This document shows positions 9,139 through 19,118 of a DNA stretch of 64,000 bases, piece after piece. This DNA is from Patescibacteria group bacterium (GTDB taxonomy: Bacteria > Patescibacteriota > Patescibacteriia > UBA2591 > UBA6264): positions 111,669 to 175,668 of the forward strand of contig JAIPGN010000001.1 in assembly GCA_021735685.1 (NCBI GenBank), written 5' to 3'. The translations under genes were made by a program, and so were the position numbers. The notes below the pieces were generated by a model. The model ran no database searches, was not told the origin of the DNA, and saw only the letters and a program-made list of their open reading frames with translations. How positions within the stretch are numbered: position 1 is the stretch's first letter; the number at the start of each line of letters is the position of its first letter.

Positions 9139-10302
9139 ATGTTTATTGTTTTAGCCCTTCTTGCTCTTAGTGTTTTGGTTTTTTTTCATGAGCTTGGCCA
9201 TTTTTTAATGGCTAAGATTTTTAAGGTTAAAGTAGAAGAGTTTGGAATTGGCTATCCTCCTCGTCTTGGGGGTTTCGTTTTTGACAATTCAAAAATAAAA
9301 TTTTTTCGCGGCCAGAGAAAAAAGAAGTTTTCTTCTTCTCGGACAATTTATTCACTTAATTTAATCCCCTTAGGAGGGTTTACTAAACTTAAAGGAGAGA
9401 TGGGGGGGGATGAAAGCCCAGATAGTTTCGCTACCCAAGTTTGGTGGAAAAAGGCTTTAGTAGCTGGAGGAGGAGCTTTAATGAATGTTTTTTTAGCTAT
9501 TCTTCTTCTCTCTTTTCTTGGTTTAGTGGGAATTCCTCGGGATTTGAGTCAAGAAGATTTAAATACAGTTCAGGTTATAAGTGAACCTAAAATTCAAATT
9601 GGAGCAGTTTTTGCTGATTCGCCGGCAGCGCAAGCCGGTTTGGAGATTGGAGATGTTTTGTTGGCCATTGATGGTCAAGAATTTTCTCAACTAGATAAGG
9701 TTCAGAGTTATATTCAAGAAAAAGTCGGTCAATCTATTAACCTTAAGTATCAAAGGGAAGAAAAGATTTTTCAACAAAGTTTGCTAGTCTCCACTTATGA
9801 TGAGGCTTTCCAAGGACAAGAATCAACTCAGCCCCCTAACGACGCGGACAAAGGTTTTATTGGAGTCTTTTTGTCTCAAACTGCTTTGGTAAGATATCCG
9901 TGGTATCAAGCTTTGGGCCAAGGGGTTTCCATGACTTTTTCTCTTTTGGGGCAAATTTTTTCAGGAATCTTTCTACTTTTAAAAAGTTTATTGACTAAGC
10001 AGGAAATGATGGGAGGGGTGGTTGGTCCAGTAGGAATTACTCGGATGATTAGTGACACTGCCCGTTTGGGCTTTATTTATCTAATACATTTTGCCGCTAT
10101 ACTTTCGGTTGCCATTGGAGCTTTTCAATTAATCCCTTTTCCAGCTTTAGATGGCTCCAGAATTGTTTTTTCTTTAGTTGAGGGAGTGCGGAGCCGTCGT
10201 TTTCGTCCACAGACAGAGGCAATGATTATGGGATTAGGTTTCTATTTGTTATTAGCCCTTTTGGTTATTGTTAGTTTTCGGGAGATAGTAAATTTATTTT
10301 AA
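9139..10302 (+). CDS. rseP: RIP site-2 protease, M50 family (RseP-like) with PDZ domain
   Basis: HExxH 'HELGHFLMAK' lies in the first TM segment. A central PDZ-like segment and the C-terminal 'LDGS' motif region are present. Confidence 0.8.
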   Translation: MFIVLALLALSVLVFFHELGHFLMAKIFKVKVEEFGIGYPPRLGGFVFDNSKIKFFRGQRKKKFSSSRTIYSLNLIPLGGFTKLKGEMGGDESPDSFATQVWWKKALVAGGGALMNVFLAILLLSFLGLVGIPRDLSQEDLNTVQVISEPKIQIGAVFADSPAAQAGLEIGDVLLAIDGQEFSQLDKVQSYIQEKVGQSINLKYQREEKIFQQSLLVSTYDEAFQGQESTQPPNDADKGFIGVFLSQTALVRYPWYQALGQGVSMTFSLLGQIFSGIFLLLKSLLTKQEMMGGVVGPVGITRMISDTARLGFIYLIHFAAILSVAIGAFQLIPFPALDGSRIVFSLVEGVRSRRFRPQTEAMIMGLGFYLLLALLVIVSFREIVNLF

Positions 10303-10307
10303 GCCTT

Positions 10308-11549
10308 ATGTTACAATCTAATTTTTTATCAAAAACTTTACGCAAAAATCCCAAAGATAGCGTGGCGATTAGTCATCAATTTTTGGTTCGTGGAGGATAC
10401 ATTCAGCAATTAACTAGCGGTATTTGGAGTCTTTTGCCTCTTGGTTTTCGAGTTTATCAGAAAATAGAGAATATCATTAGAGAAGAGATGACAGCAGTAG
10501 GAGGAGAAGAATTGAGGATGCCCGCCTTGCAACCAAAGGAAATTTGGACAGCGAGTGGGCGCTGGAATAGCATTGATCCTCCTTTGTTTAAATTTAAGGA
10601 TCGTCACAAAAAAGAATTGGCTCTAGGATCTACTCATGAAGAGGTGATAACTAAAATAGCCGGATCTTTCATAGATTCTTATAAGGATTTACCAAAATAT
10701 GTTTTTCAGATTCAGAATAAGTTCAGAAACGAATTGCGTCCTACAGCTGGTTTATTGCGGACTAGGGAATTTGTAATGAAGGACATGTATAGCTTTCATG
10801 CCACTAACCAAGACCTGGACGCTTATTATTTAAAGGTTGCTCAATCTTATAAAAAGCTTTATTCTCGTTGTGGTTTAGAGGCGATGATGGTCAATGCTTC
10901 TTCTGGGACTATTGGCGGAGACTCTTCCAATGAGTTTATCGTAGCCGCGGATTCAGGAGAAGATAATATTTTTCTTTGTCCTGACTGTGGTTGGGCCACC
11001 AACTCCGAAGTAGGAGGCTCTCTTTCTGTTTGCCCTCAATGTCAAGCAAAATTAATTGCCAAAAAGGGTATAGAGGTTGGACATATTTTTAAATTAGGAG
11101 ATACTTATAGCCAAAAGATGAAAGCTTTATTTATGGACGAGAGGGGCAACAAGAAGCCAATTATAGCCGGTTGTTACGGGATTGGCCTAGAAAGACTAAT
11201 GGCCACGGTTATTGAGGTTAATCATGATTCTAAGGGCATTATTTGGCCTCAGGAAATAGCCCCCTTTCAGGTTCATCTTTTGGGGTTAGATTTAGAGGAC
11301 GAAAAGGTTTTATCTCGAGCTCAAGAAATTTATCAAAAACTTAAGTCAATAAATATTGAAGTTTTATTCGATGATCGCAAAGAAACCGCTGGTGTTAAAT
11401 TTAAGGATGCGGACTTAATTGGCATTCCCTGGAGATTGGTGGTCAGCAAGAAAACAGGAGATAAGATAGAGGTCAAAGAGAGGAGAGAAGGAAAAGAAGA
11501 GTTATTTACAGAAAATCAATTATTAGATAAAGTAAAAGCAATTTTTTGA
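10308..11549 (+). CDS. proS: proline--tRNA ligase (short form lacking the INS editing domain)
   Basis: The N-terminus 'ISHQFLVRGGYIQQLTSGIWSLLPLGFRVYQKIENIIREEM' matches bacterial ProRS motif 1. At 413 aa it is about 160 aa shorter than E. coli ProRS. Confidence 0.9.
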   Translation: MLQSNFLSKTLRKNPKDSVAISHQFLVRGGYIQQLTSGIWSLLPLGFRVYQKIENIIREEMTAVGGEELRMPALQPKEIWTASGRWNSIDPPLFKFKDRHKKELALGSTHEEVITKIAGSFIDSYKDLPKYVFQIQNKFRNELRPTAGLLRTREFVMKDMYSFHATNQDLDAYYLKVAQSYKKLYSRCGLEAMMVNASSGTIGGDSSNEFIVAADSGEDNIFLCPDCGWATNSEVGGSLSVCPQCQAKLIAKKGIEVGHIFKLGDTYSQKMKALFMDERGNKKPIIAGCYGIGLERLMATVIEVNHDSKGIIWPQEIAPFQVHLLGLDLEDEKVLSRAQEIYQKLKSINIEVLFDDRKETAGVKFKDADLIGIPWRLVVSKKTGDKIEVKERREGKEELFTENQLLDKVKAIF

Positions 11550-11601
11550 ATTGCTGGCAGGCTTGCCTGATAATTTTTAAATAATTGTTTAATCAGAAAT
11601 T

Positions 11602-12633
11602 ATGTTAAAAAAAATTTTTTCTAAAGATATTGCTTTAGATTTAGGGACAACCAATGTTAGGGTTTATGTTCGCGGTAAGGGTTTGGTGGTTAATGAGCCT
11701 ACAGTGGTCGCCATTAATACGAGAAATGATCAAATCGTAGCTATTGGGAGCAATGCTCTTAGGATGTTGGGAAAGGCGCCGAAACATATTTCCGTGATTC
11801 AGCCCTTGGTTAATGGTGTTATTTCTGATTTTGAGGTTACGGAAAAGATGTTGAGGATGATTTTTAATAAAGTTCACCATGATAGCTTTACTTTAATTCC
11901 TCGCCCACGAGTAGTAGCTTCTGTCCCTTTAGATGTTACAGAAGTAGAAAAGAAATCTTTAGAGGATGTTATTTTACAGGCTGGAGCGCGCACGGTTTTT
12001 TTGGTTGAACGGCCAGTGGCATCAGCCATTGGAGCGCGTTTGCCAGTTCAAGAATCAATTGGAAATTTAATTGTAGAACTGGGTGGAGGAATTTCAGAGA
12101 TAGCAGTTATTTCTCTTAATGGAATCGTTGCTCACAAATCATTAAAAGTGGGTGGAGAGTTATTGAGTAAAAATATTATTGATTATGTTCGGGAAAACTT
12201 TGGAGTGTTATTAGGCCAGCAAACCGCAGAAGCCGTGAAAATTAAGATTGGTTCGGCGGCTTCGGTTAGTAAATCACAGGAAATGAAAATTAAGGGTCGA
12301 GATTTAGTCAGTGGATTACCGCGCGAGGTGGTTATTACCGATACTCAAGTTCGAGAAGCGGTTCTGCCTAGTTTAAAAATTATCACGGAGGGAGTTCGAG
12401 ATACAATTGAATCTACACCGCCAGAATTGGTTTCTGATATTTATGAGAGAGGAGTCATTCTTTCTGGAGGAGCCTCTCTTTTAAAGGGATTAGATAAATT
12501 AATTAGAAAAAAAATTAATATTTCAGTTTATTTAGTTGATGATCCTTCCACGGCGGTTATCAGAGGAATGGGCTTAATTTTAGAAGATTTTGATAATTTA
12601 AAAAGCGTTATCATTCCTTCGGCTCGAGATTAA
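11602..12633 (+). CDS. MreB/Mbl-like actin homologue, copy 2
   Basis: 343 aa. Carries 'LDLGTTNVRVYV', 'ELGGGISE' and 'SGGASLLKGLDKLI'. It is a divergent paralogue of the copy at 4319. Confidence 0.85.
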   Translation: MLKKIFSKDIALDLGTTNVRVYVRGKGLVVNEPTVVAINTRNDQIVAIGSNALRMLGKAPKHISVIQPLVNGVISDFEVTEKMLRMIFNKVHHDSFTLIPRPRVVASVPLDVTEVEKKSLEDVILQAGARTVFLVERPVASAIGARLPVQESIGNLIVELGGGISEIAVISLNGIVAHKSLKVGGELLSKNIIDYVRENFGVLLGQQTAEAVKIKIGSAASVSKSQEMKIKGRDLVSGLPREVVITDTQVREAVLPSLKIITEGVRDTIESTPPELVSDIYERGVILSGGASLLKGLDKLIRKKINISVYLVDDPSTAVIRGMGLILEDFDNLKSVIIPSARD

Positions 12634-12953
12634 AAAAATATTAGTTATATTAGAAAAGCGAGTTCTGGTTAGGGGCTCGTTTTTTTAGTGGTGACAAAAA
12701 TCATCATCCTTCGTCTTCTTTTAAAGAAGCTTAAAGTTTAATAATAAATGATAAATTATGACTTTTCTCTTTGGCTGCTATTTAGAAAATAAAAAAAGGA
12801 AAATGACTTATTGGGAGGGAGCCCAAAAAGTTTCCTTATTTAATTTTATTTTTAAATTTAGGTGATAATCTTTCCTCTTTTTGATAAAGTTTATACTTTT
12901 TGAGCCCCGGTCATAAGCAAGCAAAGGGGCTTTTATCTTTTAAAAGGAATAAT

Positions 12954-13784
12954 ATGGAAAATATCATAATTAAATTTTTAATAACTGGTTTAACTGCCCT
13001 AGGGTTGACGGTTTTTCATTCCTTGATTTATGCTTTTTACCTTGAGAGCTCTTTTTTAGCCAAAGAAGAAGTTAATTTACTTAACATTTTTTATTTATTA
13101 TTTTTTGTTTTTCTGGGAAATTGGGGTAAGCGTTTTGTCGACTTTTGGGGAACAAGGTTTTCTTTCTTGCTTTCTTCATTTAGTCAAGGATTAGGATTGA
13201 TTCTTTATGCTTGGGCTTATAGCTTTCTATCTCTTTTATTAGCGGATGCTTTTTTAGCTACAGGAATAATTATTTTTTTAAGTATATTTAGGAAATGGAC
13301 TATTGATTCTTTTTCTGGATCTCCCTTAAAAGAGGAAACGGAAGGCGATCAGTTTGTTTCCGGTTTGAAGCTTTTGATTCTTTGGTCAAGCTTTCTTTGG
13401 GGACAGAAGAATTTAGTTTTGTCTTTTAGTCTTTTTAACTTAATTTATTGGATGACCATGATAGTAGTTGTCTCTTTTCAAGAAGAGAAAAAAAGACAAG
13501 AATTGAAATGGGGGTTTGAATTTAATCGGATTGTAAGAAAAAACATTCTTCTTTTTTGGCAAGCTGATATTTTTTTGTTGACAATCGGTCTCGGATTTTT
13601 GATTGCCCTTAGTTCTTATTTCGTTCAATGTTTTTCTTTTTCTTTACTTGAGATGGTTAGCAAGAAAGAATTTCCTTTGACTAAAATTCAAATTCATTCT
13701 TTAAGGGAAAAATTTTTCAGCATTGGAAAGAAAATGACTTTTTCCTATCCCCGGACCCATACGCTTTATCAAGTAGTGAGATAG
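12954..13784 (+). CDS. hypothetical polytopic membrane protein
   Basis: Hydrophobic throughout, and no family recognised. The start was placed at the ATG (MENIII...) with upstream AAAAGGAATAAT. The track's longer ORF uses a TTG start that runs through a 5' hairpin. Confidence 0.4.
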   Translation: MENIIIKFLITGLTALGLTVFHSLIYAFYLESSFLAKEEVNLLNIFYLLFFVFLGNWGKRFVDFWGTRFSFLLSSFSQGLGLILYAWAYSFLSLLLADAFLATGIIIFLSIFRKWTIDSFSGSPLKEETEGDQFVSGLKLLILWSSFLWGQKNLVLSFSLFNLIYWMTMIVVVSFQEEKKRQELKWGFEFNRIVRKNILLFWQADIFLLTIGLGFLIALSSYFVQCFSFSLLEMVSKKEFPLTKIQIHSLREKFFSIGKKMTFSYPRTHTLYQVVR

Positions 13785-13869
13785 AATAAGAGGATTTGAG
13801 ACAAAAAGGCTTTCTTTTAGAGAAAGAAAGCCTTTTGTTGTGATCATAAAAATGTTATGATGTTTAAAT

Positions 13870-15222
13870 ATGAATGAAGCTTTAAATAAGACTCAAAAAT
13901 TTTTTTTGCGCCTGATTCGTCATAAAGCCTATGGCTTAGCTTTTAATATTATTCGCAAAGGAAGAGCCTCTGATTTGGCTGATTTATTTCGTTATTTAAC
14001 GCCTAAGCAGAAGCAATGGTTTGCTGATAGTGTTTTAAAGTCTCATCAATTAGCGGCAGTTTTAAGCGAAATGGAAGATGACCTGGTTGTTCAATTTATT
14101 TCTTTGATTAATAAGAAAGATTTAATTCCAGCTATAGAGAAAATGAATCCAGATGACGCCGCTGATCTTTTTTTGACTCTTAAAGAAGAAGAAAGGCAAA
14201 CTTTACTTCGGAAATTAAATAAAGAGCAAAGATTAACAATTTCGCGCCTTTTGGGCTTTGGGCCTCACACAGCTGGAGGAATTATGACCACGGATTTTTT
14301 AGCTTTGTCTGAGGATGTGACTTCGGCTAAGGCTATTAGTTTGATCAAAAAACAGGAAAGAAGATCAGAAATATTATATATTTACGTTATTGATCATCAT
14401 CAGCAATTAGTGGGAGTGATTTCTTTTCGTCAACTGGTTTTAGCCCAAAGAAACCAGAGGTTATCGAATTTAATGGAAAAGGATCCTATTTCCATTTCTG
14501 TAGACGAAGATCAAGAAGAAGCTAGTTCTAAGATTGCTAAATATAACTTATTAGCTTTGCCGGTAGTTGACGATCATCATTGTTTGGTGGGACAAATTAC
14601 CGTGGATGACGCTATGGATGTTCTTTATGAAGAAGCTACCGAGGATATCTATCATTTGGCTAGTTTGGACACAGAGGAGCATGTTAGCACGCCGGCGCTT
14701 CATTCTACTCGTTTAAGATTTCCTTGGTTAGTTCTCAATCTTTTAACTTGTATTTTGGCGGCTTTGTCAGTTAGTTTTTTTGAAGAAACTATAGAAAAAT
14801 ATGTGGTTCTGGCTGTACTGTTGCCGGTGGTGGCGGGCATGGGAGGTAATGCTGGTACACAATCTTTGGTAGTAGTCACCAGAGGGTTGGCTCTAGGAGA
14901 GATTGATTGGCGTTCAGGCATAAAGACCATCTTTAAAGAAATTAAAGTTGGCTCTCTGAATGGTTTTCTTTTGGGAGTGATGATGGCGGTAATCACTTTT
15001 CTTTGGTATCATAATTTAGCCTTAAGTTTGGTTATTTTTTTGGCCATGTTGGGCAATTTGTTTATTGCTGGACTTTTTGGTTCTTTGGTTCCGCTTTTCT
15101 TAAGAAAATTAAAATTAGATCCTGCTTTAGGATCTTCAATTTTTGTGACCACAGCCACAGATGTTTTTGGCTTTGTTTTTTATTTAGGTTTGGCGACTTT
15201 ATTGATAAATTTTATTATTTAA
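13870..15222 (+). CDS. mgtE: magnesium transporter MgtE
   Basis: 450 aa. Shows the N-domain, a tandem CBS pair and a 5-TM C-terminal domain with 'GGNAGTQS' and the 'ATDVFGFVFYLGLA' pore-region motifs. Confidence 0.85.
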   Translation: MNEALNKTQKFFLRLIRHKAYGLAFNIIRKGRASDLADLFRYLTPKQKQWFADSVLKSHQLAAVLSEMEDDLVVQFISLINKKDLIPAIEKMNPDDAADLFLTLKEEERQTLLRKLNKEQRLTISRLLGFGPHTAGGIMTTDFLALSEDVTSAKAISLIKKQERRSEILYIYVIDHHQQLVGVISFRQLVLAQRNQRLSNLMEKDPISISVDEDQEEASSKIAKYNLLALPVVDDHHCLVGQITVDDAMDVLYEEATEDIYHLASLDTEEHVSTPALHSTRLRFPWLVLNLLTCILAALSVSFFEETIEKYVVLAVLLPVVAGMGGNAGTQSLVVVTRGLALGEIDWRSGIKTIFKEIKVGSLNGFLLGVMMAVITFLWYHNLALSLVIFLAMLGNLFIAGLFGSLVPLFLRKLKLDPALGSSIFVTTATDVFGFVFYLGLATLLINFII

Positions 15223-15233
15223 TTTAATTAATT

Positions 15234-15455
15234 ATGATTTTAGAACAACTTTCTTCTCAAGATTTTTGGTTTCTCTTGATTTTGGGTCTTTGGATTTTGC
15301 CTTGGAAAGGAATTGCACTTTGGCGAGCCGCTCGCCGTTCTGAAAAATGGTGGTTCGTGGTTTTATTAGTTTTAAACACTTTAGCTGTTTTAGAAATTAT
15401 ATATATTTTTGTTTTCAGCCGGAACAAAAGAAAATTTTTTCCTGAGGAGAATTAA
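15234..15455 (+). CDS. small hypothetical membrane protein (2 TM)
   Basis: 73 aa with two hydrophobic helices. It is tightly linked downstream of mgtE. No family assigned. Confidence 0.3.
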   Translation: MILEQLSSQDFWFLLILGLWILPWKGIALWRAARRSEKWWFVVLLVLNTLAVLEIIYIFVFSRNKRKFFPEEN

Positions 15456-15506
15456 TTTTTTAAAACAAAAAAGACAAAAGGAAAAAACTTTTTGTCTTTT
15501 TTGTTT

Positions 15507-17714
15507 TTAATTTTCTAGCTTCAAAGAGATTAATTTTGAGGTTCCATTCTTTTGCATACTTACTCCGTAAAGAACATCTGCAATCTCAATGATTTCTTGA
15601 TTATGAGTAATTACAATGAATTGAGTATGGGGACGAAGCTCTTTAATGATTTGGGCGAATTTTGCTGAATTTTCAGGATCTAGAGAAGCTGCTACTTCAT
15701 CTAAGATGACAAAAGGGGGTTTATTAATGGAGATAATAGCAGCAATGAGAGCGAGAGATGTTAAGGCCTTTTCCCCGCCAGAAAGCATGGAAATATTTTT
15801 TATTTTTTTGTTAGGAGGGGTAGCCAAAATTTCAATTTCTTTTTTCTCTTCCGGAGAAGAATCTTCTTTTAATTGGATTTTAGCTTGACCTCCGTTAAAT
15901 ATAATTTTGAAATATCGATCAAAAGCTTGGTTAATTTTATGGAAACTTTCTCGAAACTGATTTTTGATTTTTTCTTCTAACTCTTGGTTGATTTTATTTA
16001 AAGATTTAATACTAGTTTTTAAGTCGTTGCTTTGTTTTTCCAAGAAATTATATCGTTGCTGAACGCGGGGATATTCTTGAAGAACCTCGGGGTCAATTCC
16101 TCCAATAATTTCTAATTGATATTTTAATTGTTCTATTTTTTGTCGGGAAATATCTGAAGAGACATTTATCTCTTTTTTTGTTTTTTCTTCTTTGATTAGA
16201 TTGATTGTGTTTTGGTCTAGATTTTTAATTTCATTTTTGATTTCTTCTTCCAGGCCCTGTTCCTTGGTTTCGAAGCGAGCTAGTTCAATTTTAAGTTGGT
16301 TGGTTTGGTATTCAATCTCTCCTAATTTTTTTTGTGAATTTGATATTTTTTCTTGCCAGTCAAAAATCTCTTTTTCTTTTTCATTAATGGCGTGAGAAAG
16401 GTCTTTAATCTCTTTTTGAAATTTTTCTAATTTTTGGTTAGCAATTATTATTTTTTCTTTAATCTCTTCTTGTTGTTTTTTGAGCCCTTGTAACTCTCCT
16501 TTTTCTTCAAGATTATCGGAGGTAGTTTCTGCTGAAGGCTCTTTTTCTTGTAAGGAGTCAATAATTTCTTGTATTTGGGCTTGAGATTTATCTATCCATT
16601 TTTCAATTTCTCCCCAATTTTTTTCTTTACTGCTTGCACATTTTTTTATTTTTTCTTGAATGATTTGTAAATTTTTGATGGAATTTATTAATTCTTCTCG
16701 ATCAATTTCTGGCAATTCTTTTATTTTTGCTTTAATGGTGTTTTGAATTTTATTTTGAATCTCGTTTGTTCTTTGACTGAGATTAGCTTGCCGAGAAAGA
16801 AGATTATTTTTTTCTTCTAGCCATTGTTGATATTTTTCTTGAGTTTTTTGGTAGCCTTCTCGGGAAGATTTTTGAAAGGACTGTTTTGAATCTTCTTGGA
16901 ATTTTTTTAATTCTCGAGAAATTTCTTCTTGTTTTTCTTGGTTTATTTTTATTTTTTTTTGAATTTCCTCATTTCTTTGGTGTAATCTTTGCCAAGAATA
17001 TTGGTAATATTTTATTTGTTCCTCAGTTAATTCTTTTTCGATTTCTTTTCTTTTCTCCAGTCTTTTGATTTGGCGAGACAGGGAATTGAGAAGTGGTCTT
17101 ATTTCCGAAAGAATGATAGCTGTTTTTTTAAGGTTTTCTTGGCTTTTAATGATTTTCTTTTGAGCTTTTTCTTGTTTAATTTGGTATTGCTTAACGCTGG
17201 TAGCTTCATCAAAAAAATTCTGTCTTTCTTGGGGTGATAATTCTAGTATTTTTTGTATAGTTCCTTGACTGATAATGCTGTAGCTTTTTTGACCAAATCC
17301 GCTTTTAGCCATAAGAAGAGATATGTCCTGAAGTCTAACTTTATTTTTATTAATCAAATATTCGCTTTCTCCGTTACGATAGAGGCGACGAGTAATAGTA
17401 AACTCTTGATAAGGAAAATCTTGATTATTGTTTTTTTCGTTATTAAAAAATAAAACAACCTCAGCTAAGTTGAGGTGTTTTTTTAAGCCAGATCCAGAGA
17501 AGATAATATCTTCTGATTTTTTCCCGCGCAAGGATTTAAGGCTTTGTTCTCCTAGAGCCCAACGAATAGATTCTCCTAAATTAGATTTTCCTGAACCATT
17601 AGGGCCAATAATAGCGGCGATGCCAGATTGACCAGAGGCGGATCGACTAAATTCAATTACTGTTTTTTGAGCAAAGGACTTAAACCCAATTAACTCTAAG
17701 CGCTGAAGGTACAT
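15507..17714 (-). CDS. smc: SMC-family chromosome partition ATPase, short hinge-less form
   Basis: The N-terminus 'MYLQRLELIGFKSF...GPNGSGKSN' is a Walker A. The C-terminus carries 'LSGGEKALTSLALIAAI' (ABC signature) and 'ILDEVAASLD' (Walker B). A long K/E-rich coiled coil lies between, with no recognisable hinge. The start was chosen at the internal ATG, 1 nt from the rnc stop. Confidence 0.8.
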   Translation of the reverse strand: MYLQRLELIGFKSFAQKTVIEFSRSASGQSGIAAIIGPNGSGKSNLGESIRWALGEQSLKSLRGKKSEDIIFSGSGLKKHLNLAEVVLFFNNEKNNNQDFPYQEFTITRRLYRNGESEYLINKNKVRLQDISLLMAKSGFGQKSYSIISQGTIQKILELSPQERQNFFDEATSVKQYQIKQEKAQKKIIKSQENLKKTAIILSEIRPLLNSLSRQIKRLEKRKEIEKELTEEQIKYYQYSWQRLHQRNEEIQKKIKINQEKQEEISRELKKFQEDSKQSFQKSSREGYQKTQEKYQQWLEEKNNLLSRQANLSQRTNEIQNKIQNTIKAKIKELPEIDREELINSIKNLQIIQEKIKKCASSKEKNWGEIEKWIDKSQAQIQEIIDSLQEKEPSAETTSDNLEEKGELQGLKKQQEEIKEKIIIANQKLEKFQKEIKDLSHAINEKEKEIFDWQEKISNSQKKLGEIEYQTNQLKIELARFETKEQGLEEEIKNEIKNLDQNTINLIKEEKTKKEINVSSDISRQKIEQLKYQLEIIGGIDPEVLQEYPRVQQRYNFLEKQSNDLKTSIKSLNKINQELEEKIKNQFRESFHKINQAFDRYFKIIFNGGQAKIQLKEDSSPEEKKEIEILATPPNKKIKNISMLSGGEKALTSLALIAAIISINKPPFVILDEVAASLDPENSAKFAQIIKELRPHTQFIVITHNQEIIEIADVLYGVSMQKNGTSKLISLKLEN

Positions 17715-17715
17715 A

Positions 17716-18420
17716 TCAATTAAATTTCTTTTCTTTTTTAATTTTTTGGAGAGCTTTTTTAGCGGCATTAACTTCGGCAGCTTGTTTGCTTGAGCCTTGG
17801 CCTACGCTAATTAATTTTTTTTCAAAAAAAACTCCACTTTCGAATTTTTTGGAATGATCGGGACCTTTTTCTTTAAGGATCTGATAAGAAGGAGTGTAGC
17901 CGTATTTTTCTTGTGTTAATTCCTGTAAGTGGCTTTTAGGATCCAAGTAAAGTTCTAGCTTGAGAATCATTTCTAATTGGGTCCATAAATATTTTTCAAT
18001 AAATTTTTGAGCTCCCCCTAGGCCCTGATCTAGATAAAGGGCTCCAATAATTGCTTCAAAAGTATTAGCTAAGACAGCTTGATTTTGTTGATTGTGGAGT
18101 CTAGATTCACCTTTGCTTAAATAAAGATATTGGTTAATTTTTAACTGACCGGCTACTCGAGCTAGAGACTTGGTGTTCACTAGACTAGCGCGCAAAGAGG
18201 TTAGCTCTCCTTCTGGTTTCTGCGGGAATTTTTTATATAATAATTTGGTAATTATTAGCTCTAAAACAGCGTCTCCCAGAAATTCTAATCTTTCGTTATG
18301 TTTCCAGCCAGAAGAAGGGTGCTCGTTGAGATAAGAACGATGAGTTAAGGCTTCTTGTAAAAGAGAATTGTTTTTAAATTCTACTTCAATTTTTTCTTGA
18401 AACTGTTTTAGTTTATTCAT
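17716..18420 (-). CDS. rnc: ribonuclease III
   Basis: The RNase III signature 'ERLEFLGDAVLEL' is present, with a C-terminal dsRBD (..AAKKALQK..). Confidence 0.9.
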   Translation of the reverse strand: MNKLKQFQEKIEVEFKNNSLLQEALTHRSYLNEHPSSGWKHNERLEFLGDAVLELIITKLLYKKFPQKPEGELTSLRASLVNTKSLARVAGQLKINQYLYLSKGESRLHNQQNQAVLANTFEAIIGALYLDQGLGGAQKFIEKYLWTQLEMILKLELYLDPKSHLQELTQEKYGYTPSYQILKEKGPDHSKKFESGVFFEKKLISVGQGSSKQAAEVNAAKKALQKIKKEKKFN

Positions 18421-18847
18421 TTTTTTTTATTTCTTCATAAATAGCTCCGAGCACTCCATTGATAAACTTACCGGAAGTATCGCTTCCAAAAGATTTAGCT
18501 ATTTCTACGGCTTCGTTAATGATTACGCGGGGAGGATTTTCTGGAGAAATTAAAAGTTCAAAGATGCCTATTCTAAGAATGTTGCGATCGGTTAAAGTTA
18601 TTTTTTCTAAGGGCCATTGAGGGGCGTATTTAACAATGAGAGAATCTATCTCTTTAACATTGGCTAGAATTTCTTTGACTAATTTTTCAAAAAATTTTTT
18701 TTCTTTAAAAACCGGAGGAGCAAATTCCTTTAAAATGTATTGAATAGTGTTCTCGGTTTCAGTTTTTGGAGAGAGAAAAGATTGATTAAAGTCCCATTGA
18801 CTTAAGACTTGCAGGGCTAGAGTACGGGCTATTCTTCGAGAAGACAT
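18413..18847 (-). CDS. nusB: transcription antitermination factor NusB
   Basis: 144 aa. The N-terminus 'RRIARTLALQVLSQWDF' and the all-helical profile are typical of NusB. Confidence 0.8.
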   Translation of the reverse strand: MSSRRIARTLALQVLSQWDFNQSFLSPKTETENTIQYILKEFAPPVFKEKKFFEKLVKEILANVKEIDSLIVKYAPQWPLEKITLTDRNILRIGIFELLISPENPPRVIINEAVEIAKSFGSDTSGKFINGVLGAIYEEIKKNE

Positions 18848-18857
18848 AAGTCTTTAG

Positions 18858-19118
18858 TTAATTTTTTATTTTTTTGGAATCTGAAGGATCCTTTTTGGAG
18901 GATGCGGATTTTGTTTTTTTGTTTTCAGCGGATTTTGTTTTTTTATCTAAATCAATAACGTCTCGACCAGAATAAGTCCCGCAAAAAGGACAAGCTTGGT
19001 GGGGTTTTTTTGGTTTTTGACATTGCGGACAAATCGATAAGTTTAATTTTTTAAGTCTAAATTGGTATTGTCTTGTTTTCTGGCGAGTTTTTGATCTTTT
19101 TTGTTTTGGTAAAGCCAT
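18858..19118 (-). CDS. rpmF: 50S ribosomal protein L32 with lysine-rich C-terminal extension
   Basis: The N-terminus 'MALPKQKRSKTRQKTR' and the zinc ribbon CPQC...CPFC match L32. The C-terminal ~30 aa form a K/S-rich tail. Confidence 0.75.
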   Translation of the reverse strand: MALPKQKRSKTRQKTRQYQFRLKKLNLSICPQCQKPKKPHQACPFCGTYSGRDVIDLDKKTKSAENKKTKSASSKKDPSDSKKIKN

